NCBI GenBank assembly: GCA_964493655.1
Contig: CAZBOY010000002.1
Location: 8,178 to 43,754, forward strand
DNA: 35,577 nt
DNA from: Candidatus Woesearchaeota archaeon
GTDB lineage: Archaea; Nanobdellota; Nanobdellia; Pacearchaeales; GW2011-AR1
Direction of reading: 5' to 3'
A program made the translations under genes and the position numbers. Below, piece by piece: positions 28,446-35,577 of the stretch; position 1 is the first letter of the stretch, and the number at the start of each line of letters is the position of its first letter. Below the pieces are notes generated by a model. That model did not search any database, was not told the origin of the DNA, and was given only the letters and a program-made list of their open reading frames with translations.

Positions 28446-28778
28446 ATGAAAAGAAACACCCTTGCCATACTCTTTATAATCTCTATTTTAATCATAATTG
28501 GTTTATTGTCATTAGTTGTAGTAAGACTATATTCTCCGATAACCCATACATATTTTCTTACGGAAGAACAACAAAAATTGTTAATTGGTTCGATTAGTGG
28601 GGGTATAGAGTATAATTCTGGGACGGGTGAAGAATATACTGAAAAATGTTTAAATGCTTGTGCTAAGAGGTGCGTTTCTTCAGGATATAAATATGATTTT
28701 TCATTTATAGTTTCTCGAGATAACTTTCCCGAATGTTTAGGTTCACAAAATTGTTGTATGTGTGGGTGTATTGAATAA
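28446..28778 (+). CDS. Membrane-anchored Cys-rich small protein
   Basis: N-terminal TM; CLNACAKRC...C....CCMCGC. Confidence 0.7.
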   Translation: MKRNTLAILFIISILIIIGLLSLVVVRLYSPITHTYFLTEEQQKLLIGSISGGIEYNSGTGEEYTEKCLNACAKRCVSSGYKYDFSFIVSRDNFPECLGSQNCCMCGCIE

Positions 28779-28895
28779 ACCATTTTAGTGATGGTTATTA
28801 AGTTTTATTTCTTTTGGACTGGTTGTTAAGTTTATCAAAGTTCAGTAGTGAGAACTCGGGGTTAAGTATTTAAACATGTTTTCGCTGTTAAAAAC

Positions 28896-29411
28896 ATGAG
28901 AAAGGAAGGTTCTTGGTCGCAGGTTAGGATTGCTGTGGGTATTGTTTGTCTTGTAGTTCTTGTTGGTTTTTTCTTATTAAATTTTACAGATAAGGGTTCT
29001 AAAGTAACTGCTAATGTTATAAAGGGTTTAAAGGATTGTGAAATGAAACAAGTTCCTTATCAAGTTGAAGAAGAGTATGATTATTATTTAAAAAATCAAG
29101 TTATTTCAGGTTATCAAACTGAAGAAGTAGAATTGTTTGGAAAGGGTGTTTATAGGGAAGGAATTGTTAAAGTAATGAACACAGATAACGAGGCGGGATG
29201 GTTTATAGTAACTTTTAATTGGGAAACCTTATATGATAAAAAAACTGATAGTGTAAGGCATTATATAGAACCTGATGAAACTATTGAATTCGTTTCCATA
29301 TATGATAATGACTTAGGAGAAGATACTAAATTCAAATATTCTGTTCAGTCTAATGTTATAAAGAAAACCAGAATGGTTACAAAATACCGAACAGAAGAGG
29401 TTTGTGAATAA
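28896..29411 (+). CDS. Membrane-anchored beta-rich extracellular protein (possible class III signal)
   Basis: MRKEG followed by a TM and a TANVI motif; N- and C-terminal Cys. Confidence 0.75.
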   Translation: MRKEGSWSQVRIAVGIVCLVVLVGFFLLNFTDKGSKVTANVIKGLKDCEMKQVPYQVEEEYDYYLKNQVISGYQTEEVELFGKGVYREGIVKVMNTDNEAGWFIVTFNWETLYDKKTDSVRHYIEPDETIEFVSIYDNDLGEDTKFKYSVQSNVIKKTRMVTKYRTEEVCE

Positions 29412-29412
29412 A

Positions 29413-29625
29413 ATGAATAAAAAAGCTGGAGCAGGACTTGTAATTTTTATAATTATAATTCTTATCGTTGCAGTTTTAGTTTGGGGTTATGTTGGTGGTG
29501 AAGAAGCAAAAAAAGTTGGAGTAACCTGTGATATGGGTGTTGGTGAAACTTTTTGCTGGAAGTGGCATACGAATGCTATTGGTAGTGTAGGGGAAGCATT
29601 AGGAAATATGTTTAGGGGTGGTTAA
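29413..29625 (+). CDS. Small pilin-like protein (class III signal peptide)
   Basis: MNKKA-GAGLVIFIIIILIVAVLVW; a Cys pair. Confidence 0.7.
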   Translation: MNKKAGAGLVIFIIIILIVAVLVWGYVGGEEAKKVGVTCDMGVGETFCWKWHTNAIGSVGEALGNMFRGG

Positions 29626-29767
29626 ATATTAATGAACACTCCCAATCGCAGCAAGCTGCGGGGTAAACCCCAGGGGAGAATTTAGGTTTAAACCCTAAAA
29701 AAATAACCAATTAGAAATTCTGGGCGGCGGGATAATAGGGGATTAAAGATCCCCTTTAATTTTCTCT

Positions 29768-29862
29768 CCCAGATGAGAACTTTCGAATCCGAACAATTTG
29801 CTCTTTGAACTATTTTATTTATGATTTTGAAAAGAATGAATTGGGAGTTAGGCGGCGGGATA
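29768..29862 (+). repeat. tRNA-3'-associated mini-element, copy 2 (native tRNA-Tyr trailer), ending in a duplicated GGCGGCGGGATA
   Basis: 29/31 identity to copy 1 over GATGAGAAC-TTCGA-TCCGAACAATTTGCT, with similarity continuing to the end; 12-bp repeat at 29723-29734 and 29851-29862. Confidence 0.85.
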
Positions 29863-29934
29863 TAACTCAAAAACATTTACAACAATCTCCCAATGCACAA
29901 CAAGATTTATAAATCTCAAAACAGAGATTAAAAC

Positions 29935-30618
29935 ATGAGCAAGAGAGTGATAATCTTTATTTGCATAGCATTTATACTAGCCATATTTTTTATTCCGAAA
30001 TTTGTTTTCATTGGAAATGTTATAGGCCAAAAAATAAATCCCAATAGAATAAACTGCGAAAATTTTAATTCATCAACATGGTCATGCCCTTTAGTAAAGA
30101 ACACAGTTTTAGAGGGTGAAAAAAATTTTGTTCTTCAAATAAACCAACCATCTAGTTCAAAAGAAAGACAAAAAATGATTGTCTCGAAACTAATGACTAT
30201 CGACACTAAATTAAATAATTTTTATTCAACACACACTTTTTTAGATTGCTCGAGCGGATGCTGGGTTAGCGACTACACTCCAGATGATTTTGAAGCTTGG
30301 AGAACAACTTTTATGCAAAGCACAGAAATGAATTCTCTTGATATTTTTGGAAAGAAATTTTTAAGAATAGATGAATTAGAAGTTTTTAATAGAATTTTAG
30401 GAAAACAATTAATTGAAATCCAAGGACATGTAATTTCTAAAAAACAAAAATTGTTTGGAAAAGAAATAGCAATTAAAAAACAAGCATTTACAGCGCAAGG
30501 AATATGTGATATAACTGATAGAACCTGCGTTTTTGAATCAGTCCCAGAAGGAGAAATAACCTTAGATGACATTAAAATACACTTCAAAGCAGCCGGATAT
30601 TCGCAAGAACTACTGTAA
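29935..30618 (+). CDS. Membrane-anchored hypothetical surface protein
   Basis: N-terminal TM followed by IGNVI; several Cys pairs. Confidence 0.75.
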   Translation: MSKRVIIFICIAFILAIFFIPKFVFIGNVIGQKINPNRINCENFNSSTWSCPLVKNTVLEGEKNFVLQINQPSSSKERQKMIVSKLMTIDTKLNNFYSTHTFLDCSSGCWVSDYTPDDFEAWRTTFMQSTEMNSLDIFGKKFLRIDELEVFNRILGKQLIEIQGHVISKKQKLFGKEIAIKKQAFTAQGICDITDRTCVFESVPEGEITLDDIKIHFKAAGYSQELL

Positions 30619-30731
30619 AATAACGCTATGTCACTCTAAAGTTCTGGGCTTTATAAATAAAATTGTCTTATAAACTATATCTTAAAAGTCATATGTATAT
30701 ATAAAGCAATTCCACCTTATTCCTATATAAA

Positions 30732-30875
30732 ATGAAAGTAAAATTACAAGTAGAAAAAGAGAAAAACGCCGACGGAGAAGAAGACAAAAAATCCAGGTTA
30801 TTTATGAAGATTTACAAAGCATTTCCCAATGCCATCTGGGAGCGAGAGGGAGAGGCATTTTTAGTTTTTATTTGA
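30732..30875 (+). CDS. Small hypothetical protein (47 aa)
   Basis: MKVKLQVEKEKNADGEEDKKSRLFMKIYKAFPNAIWEREGEAFLVFI; TATATAAA upstream. Confidence 0.45.
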   Translation: MKVKLQVEKEKNADGEEDKKSRLFMKIYKAFPNAIWEREGEAFLVFI

Positions 30876-30895
30876 GTTTAGGAAAGAGTAACAAG

Positions 30896-31996
30896 TCAAT
30901 TTTTTAATTGGATATTTTGATAACTAATTTCATCCCCACTTACTGTAAGAATCCCCGTTTGTCCAACATCTAAATAGCCAGAATTCCAAAATAATTCTCT
31001 AACATTTTTTCCTTCTTGAACATGATTACCATTTCTATCATTAGCCCTATGACCCGATTCATGAAAATGACCACTAACTGCTTTAGTAATTCCTAATTCT
31101 TCATAAATACCCTTTAAATCTTCATTTCCCCTATTTTCTTTTCGTAAAGATATAGGGACCTCACCTAAATCTCCCAAAGATTTAGCAGTAGCAATTGGAA
31201 AAACAGCACCATTCGGAATTGGATCATGTTTTAAAATTTTTAAAACACCATTTTGTTTAAGTCTCTTTTGAAATTCTTCATTAGATTCATTGGAATATCC
31301 AAAGAGAACTCCTTGCTTACCATCCTTGTACTCAACATGAAATACATCAAAATTATCCTCTACAAAACCAAATTCTGCCACATCAACAGCAGTTTCTAGA
31401 TTATCAAATTTTCTTGGAACATGACAAACAACAATGGTTTTTTCTGGAGAAGTTACTAATCTTTTTAAATCGCCTAGATTATTATATTGAAGCATTCCTT
31501 TTAATTTTCCCATATCTGACAATCTCTGCAATTCTTCTCTTGGGGTGGATAGGGGCAATAATTCCCCATAAACAGTAAGATAATAATCTCCAGTTTTTAT
31601 TTCTCCGCACCCTATTTGATATTCTCCACCGCAAAGAAAATCAGAACCAGATAAAAATACTAAATCATGTCCCTCTTGCTCAATTTTTCTATTTTTTGTA
31701 GCATCAATAATATTAGAATGCTTTTCTGCAAAATGGTTAAGAACAGGTCCAAATGATAATAAGGTTTCATGACTTCCAGGTTGAACAAATGACTCTAGTC
31801 CACTCTGAGCAATTGAATCTAAAATAAATGCAACATAGTTTTGACTCTCTTGTAAATTTCTTTGTTGATTTCCAATATCTCCATTAATCAAAAGTCTTTC
31901 TGCCCCTTGGCTTTTTAAAACATCAATAGCTACTGGGACCATTCTCGGGTCTGAATGAACATCAGAGATTATTCCATATTTTGTTTCTTTTATCAT
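30896..31996 (-). CDS. Calcineurin-like metallophosphoesterase
   Basis: ISDVH, NGDIG, PGSHE, VCHVP, SGHFHE. Confidence 0.88.
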   Translation of the reverse strand: MIKETKYGIISDVHSDPRMVPVAIDVLKSQGAERLLINGDIGNQQRNLQESQNYVAFILDSIAQSGLESFVQPGSHETLLSFGPVLNHFAEKHSNIIDATKNRKIEQEGHDLVFLSGSDFLCGGEYQIGCGEIKTGDYYLTVYGELLPLSTPREELQRLSDMGKLKGMLQYNNLGDLKRLVTSPEKTIVVCHVPRKFDNLETAVDVAEFGFVEDNFDVFHVEYKDGKQGVLFGYSNESNEEFQKRLKQNGVLKILKHDPIPNGAVFPIATAKSLGDLGEVPISLRKENRGNEDLKGIYEELGITKAVSGHFHESGHRANDRNGNHVQEGKNVRELFWNSGYLDVGQTGILTVSGDEISYQNIQLKN

Positions 31997-32103
31997 AAGA
32001 AAAAGCAAATTTAAGCATTTTTAAAACTTTGGGCAATCACCACTAATAAGTTATCACCACACACAAAACCCATCACCCAAAAAAACAACCTTATTGCCCA
32101 CAA

Positions 32104-33048
32104 CTAAAATTCCCTCCCCGAACCACCCGCCCCACCACCAACAGAACCCCGATTACCAACTCCACCATTGCTACCACCAGAACCACCACGATTAACCTCA
32201 CTAAAATTCCCACTCGAACTCCCACCACGCTTAATCCTCTCCAAATTCTCCTTAGCTTTTCTAAATTGCTCTTGAGCATCTAATAAATCTTTGTCTTTAC
32301 TTTTCAATCTATTAATTTCCCTTCTTGCTTCAATCAATTCTTGAGTCGCTTTTCTGATTCTTGTTTCTGCATCTAAAACAGTTGGTCTGTCAAAATTACT
32401 AAAATTACTTCTCCCAAAATTACCAGTAGCACCTTTTTTCCTCATTACAAAAAAAACAACAACCCCTGAAATAAAAACAATCCCAATAATAACATACCAA
32501 ATACTTGAAAACCCACCATCCTCATTTTTAAAGATTGTAAGCCCAGTCATAATCCCTGATCCAGTATCTTCTTCAACCACTTCTGCAACTTCTGACTCAG
32601 ATTCAGAAATAACTTCCTCTGTTTGGTTTATAAGAATTTCTGGTTCTTCTGGTTCAGATATTTCTAGTTCAAGAGTATTAAAAAGATTTGTCTGAAGATT
32701 TATACTAATTGATTTATCTGCTGCAAATGGCCCGATTTCTTTTTGACTAAGTATATTTTCAGGTTTTAAAAAATCTTCTAATTCCGTTACAATATAAACT
32801 ATAACATCTATTTTTTCACTATTAGTTTCAAGAGCAGTATTAGCACTCCCCCCAGAACTTGTCCTCTCAGAAACACTTTTAAAAAATTGCCCAGTATCTG
32901 CATCCTTAAATCTCAAAATTAAATTTTGCTCAGGAGCTGCCTGAACATTTACATTCGGGTGATAATCAAAAAAATCTCCTCCAGCAACAACTAAAGAAAA
33001 AGTCATCAGCAAAACAAAACCCAAACTTATAACTAATTTCTTCACCAT
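32104..33048 (-). CDS. Single-pass surface protein with cytoplasmic coiled coil and Gly-rich tail
   Basis: Signal peptide, acidic linker, MTGLTI motif, TM, coiled coil, GGS-rich end. Confidence 0.8.
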   Translation of the reverse strand: MVKKLVISLGFVLLMTFSLVVAGGDFFDYHPNVNVQAAPEQNLILRFKDADTGQFFKSVSERTSSGGSANTALETNSEKIDVIVYIVTELEDFLKPENILSQKEIGPFAADKSISINLQTNLFNTLELEISEPEEPEILINQTEEVISESESEVAEVVEEDTGSGIMTGLTIFKNEDGGFSSIWYVIIGIVFISGVVVFFVMRKKGATGNFGRSNFSNFDRPTVLDAETRIRKATQELIEARREINRLKSKDKDLLDAQEQFRKAKENLERIKRGGSSSGNFSEVNRGGSGGSNGGVGNRGSVGGGAGGSGREF

Positions 33049-33101
33049 CTTTAATTTTATTAGATTTTCGTGTTTATAAATATTTTTATAGTTAAGTTAA
33101 G

Positions 33102-33202
33102 CGCCCGAACCAGGAATCGAACCTGGACACCCTTGCGAGTCAGCCTTTCAAGAAAATCAAAATGATTTCCAGGGCTGTGCAATACCATTATGCGATTCGG
33201 GC
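33102..33202 (-). tRNA. tRNA-Ser(GGA) with a 20-nt intron (33147-33166)
   Basis: Acceptor GCCCGAA/TTCGGGC with G73, long variable arm ACTC-GCAA-GGGT, anticodon stem CAGCC/GGCTG; lies near rps10, as in the usual archaeal S10-tRNA-Ser linkage. Confidence 0.88.
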
Positions 33203-33260
33203 ATAATAGAACATCAAAAAAAGTTAAGTTTAAATATGTTTTTAATGCCCTAAGATAAAA

Positions 33261-33578
33261 ATGATTTGCCAACTACCTGGATGTGAAGAGTCTGTTCCAG
33301 AAGGAAGAAGAAAATATTGCTCAAATAATTGTGCTAAGGAAGGAAATAGAATAAAAACAAGGGAAACAAAAGAAAAGAAAAGAGTTTTAGAAGCATTAGG
33401 GGCAGAGGTTGGACAAAGAACTTGTCTAAGTTGTGATAAGCCATTTCTATCAGAAGGCCCTTGGAATAGAATTTGCCCACGCTGCGAGGAAGGAAATAGT
33501 AGCACACCACCAAGAGCAATCCCAGTATCTAGAGGTTATAGTAAACAAAGTTCAAGTATTGACGATTATAATTCCTAA
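33261..33578 (+). CDS. Double Zn-finger hypothetical protein
   Basis: CQLPGC...YCSNNC and CLSC.KPFLSEG..NRICPRC. Confidence 0.7.
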   Translation: MICQLPGCEESVPEGRRKYCSNNCAKEGNRIKTRETKEKKRVLEALGAEVGQRTCLSCDKPFLSEGPWNRICPRCEEGNSSTPPRAIPVSRGYSKQSSSIDDYNS

Positions 33579-33883
33579 TCAATCATCTCAATTTTAATAT
33601 TAACTGTTCGTGGAACAGAAATCCTCATAATACTATGAAGAACTCTTTCATTTGCAATAAGGTCCAGCATTCTTTTATGAATTCGCATTTCAAATTTATC
33701 AAAAGTTGCAGTTCCATCTCCGCAAGGAGATTTTCTCGTCGTTACTTTTAATTTTTTAGTTGGAAGCGGAATCGGTCCAGAAACCGGAACACCTGCAGAA
33801 CTCGCTATATCCCCGATTGTTTTCACAACTTCGTTTAGTTTTCCAATATCAATACTCTGCAATTTTATTCTTACTTTACCCAT
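33575..33883 (-). CDS. rps10: 30S ribosomal protein uS10 (archaeal)
   Basis: VRIKLQS, SGPIPLPTKKL.VTTRKSPCGDGTATFDKFEMRIHKR. Confidence 0.97.
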   Translation of the reverse strand: MGKVRIKLQSIDIGKLNEVVKTIGDIASSAGVPVSGPIPLPTKKLKVTTRKSPCGDGTATFDKFEMRIHKRMLDLIANERVLHSIMRISVPRTVNIKIEMID

Positions 33884-34230
33884 GTCACTAAAACTAAAAA
33901 TAAGCTTTTAAACCTTTTTATGATAGAGTTTTTAGCCAAGAATATAAAGTCCTATAAGATAATCCCTTAAAATAAAATCCACCTGCAAAAATCCGCTCAT
34001 TTCATTCGCTCTCACATTTTTGCACCGCCAAGTTTATAATCTCTGATAACCCCCTCGATGATTTATTGTAATCTTTATAAATTTCTTCAGCTCGAACGGG
34101 AGTGCGAAAGATTTGCTCTTGATTATTTTTAATATGATCTACAAGACTAAATCGTGAGGAGAGCGATTTAATTTCAACAACCTTTAGACATTCTATAAAA
34201 TTAAATTGTGAGTGAGAGCAAAGGATAACT

Positions 34231-34650
34231 TTAATTCTCAACATGCCCAACATTGTAAGCAACAAAATCCTGGCCCTTTAGTTTTTTCAAATCTTCCTTG
34301 CATATTTTTATCACTGTCTCGTTTACAAGTATATCTTCTTCATGTATTAATTTCTTTGCTTCTTCTTCCCCAAATTCTTTTATATAATATTCTAATTCTT
34401 TTTTCTGAGCTTGATTATGGCTCCACCCATAGCTAAATCCTTGTTTAAGAAAAATTCTTTCTTCAATTTCATGAACAGCAATTCCATTATGAAATTTTTC
34501 AGGAACATCTTTGTCAACATAAATTAATTTTCCATTTTCATAAAAATCCCCCACCCCATCTATTCTTGAAGAAGAATCAATTAGATATTTCTTCCCCTTG
34601 TAAGAAAAAACTTTTTTCCTTTCCTGAAGTTTTTGTATTTGTTCAGTCAT
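34231..34650 (-). CDS. Hypothetical protein with metal-binding HExxE...H motif
   Basis: IAVHEIEE...SHNQA. Confidence 0.7.
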   Translation of the reverse strand: MTEQIQKLQERKKVFSYKGKKYLIDSSSRIDGVGDFYENGKLIYVDKDVPEKFHNGIAVHEIEERIFLKQGFSYGWSHNQAQKKELEYYIKEFGEEEAKKLIHEEDILVNETVIKICKEDLKKLKGQDFVAYNVGHVEN

Positions 34651-34736
34651 TTGCTGGGTTCTGTAAGAAAAAAGAGTTTAAATATTTTTCTGGTTTTGTA
34701 TCTTGTAAAAATCTTAATTCCTAATTAACCCTAAAA

Positions 34737-34788
34737 GGTTCGTCGACTTATGAATAGTAGATTATCTACATTGGCAACTTTTGAAGAA
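34737..34788 (+). repeat. Dispersed ~50-bp intergenic repeat, copy 3
   Basis: GGTTCGTCGACTTATG...TTATCTACATTGGCAACTTTTGAAGAA. Confidence 0.6.
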
Positions 34789-34873
34789 ATCTATTTCGAA
34801 ACATTTTATCACTTAATAAATTTCAATTTTAAATTTCCAAAACCCTTCGTCATCAATTTCTTCAATTTCAATC

Positions 34874-35575
34874 TCATCTGCTTCTGGCTTTCCTACTTCT
34901 TTTCTTTATCTTAAATATCTCTTCTTTCAAAACCATTATCTGTCTGTTGATGTCTCTTATTAATCCCTTAAATGTTTTCAATTTTATACTATATTCTGAT
35001 TCAGATAGTTTTTTCTTTTTAAAATAATCTCCTTGTATTTTTTTTAACAAAGAATTTACTGCTGTTTTTTGGGTGGTTAAATTATTGAATTTCCTACGGA
35101 GCAGAAATTTTTTAAAGTTTTTCCAGAAAATTAAAGTTAAAACTAAGGCAGTAATGCAGACAATTGTTATTTTTAACCAATTTTTTATAAAGAAATTCTT
35201 GAGGGTTCTTGAAGTTACAAGATAAACTGAATTCATAGCAGTCTGGCTGGATTGTATTTCTGAAATTCTGTCATAACCTTTTTTAATTAAATTTAAAGTG
35301 TCTTCAAACCTTTCTTCTTCAAATGAAAGAAGTATCTGATTATATTCTTCCTGCATTTCAGAAAGATTGGATTCTTTTTCTATATTTTCAAATGTTTCTC
35401 TAAATACTTTTAGTTCATCATTTGCTTCAAAGGAAATTTCTTTAATTGAATTTATTTCTGAGGCATATTTAATTACCAAGTCATATTTTGCCATGCCGCC
35501 TTGTTGTTCAAAAAACAATTGCGCAGAATAAAGTTGCAATGCCTCTTGATAAGTTTCATTTACTCTATTTATTGA
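34874..35575 (-). CDS. C-terminal part of a helical membrane-anchored protein (5' end outside the window)
   Basis: Frame is open to the window edge; helical bundle, TM, and a basic tail with YF.K..LSE.EY. Confidence 0.8.
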   Translation of the reverse strand, partial: SINRVNETYQEALQLYSAQLFFEQQGGMAKYDLVIKYASEINSIKEISFEANDELKVFRETFENIEKESNLSEMQEEYNQILLSFEEERFEDTLNLIKKGYDRISEIQSSQTAMNSVYLVTSRTLKNFFIKNWLKITIVCITALVLTLIFWKNFKKFLLRRKFNNLTTQKTAVNSLLKKIQGDYFKKKKLSESEYSIKLKTFKGLIRDINRQIMVLKEEIFKIKKRSRKARSR

Positions 35576-35577
35576 AA

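Larger units (their letters stand above)
18158..29733. mobile_element. ~11.6-kb integrative element (plasmid- or satellite-like) inserted at the tRNA-Tyr 3' end
   Basis: Direct repeat TCTGGGCGGCGGGAT at 18158-18172 and 29719-29733; adjacent integrase; primase-helicase; the host tRNA trailer element is displaced to beyond attR. Confidence 0.92.

Noticed and set aside
28194-28783. ORFs 28194-28430(-), 28367-28597(+), 28409-28783(-)
   Set aside because: Superseded by 28231-28395 and 28446-28778, which have TATA boxes and TM signatures.
18227-29625. Complete provirus, classical integron or diversity-generating retroelement
   Set aside because: I recognise no capsid, terminase or reverse transcriptase, and see no regular attC-like hairpins or adenine-specific TR/VR pair.
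29688-29876. 62-aa minus-strand ORF
   Set aside because: Spans attR and the non-coding trailer element.
33060-34436. ORFs 33060-33272, 33242-33505, 33334-33519, 34002-34265, 34212-34436
   Set aside because: Overlap the tRNA or real genes; 34002-34265 may hold a gene remnant but has no credible start.

Overview
AT-rich archaeal chromosome segment, most likely from a DPANN lineage such as Pacearchaeota or Woesearchaeota. This is inferred from the archaeal GluRS, the thermosome subunit, uS10, intron-containing tRNAs, TATA boxes about 30 nt upstream of start codons, and KKA/G-type class III signal peptides. Housekeeping genes are gltX, a DinG/XPD-like helicase, a cyclophilin, a thermosome subunit, rps10 and four tRNAs (Gly-GCC, Val-TAC, Tyr-GTA with a 73-nt intron, Ser-GGA with a 20-nt intron). 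An element of about 11.6 kb is integrated at the 3' end of tRNA-Tyr (15-bp att repeats at 18158-18172 and 29719-29733). It carries a tyrosine integrase, RHH/HTH regulators, a palindromic origin-like region, a primase-polymerase/helicase and about 17 mostly small membrane or pilin-like cargo genes separated by short repeated junctions. I recognise no capsid or conjugation genes. The most unexpected signal is a conserved 75-80-bp non-coding element found after two different tRNA 3' ends (Gly, and the displaced trailer of Tyr). Each copy starts with an antisense copy of its own tRNA's T-arm, covarying with that tRNA, and is followed by a duplication of the tRNA 3' end. All calls are by eye; no database search was run.
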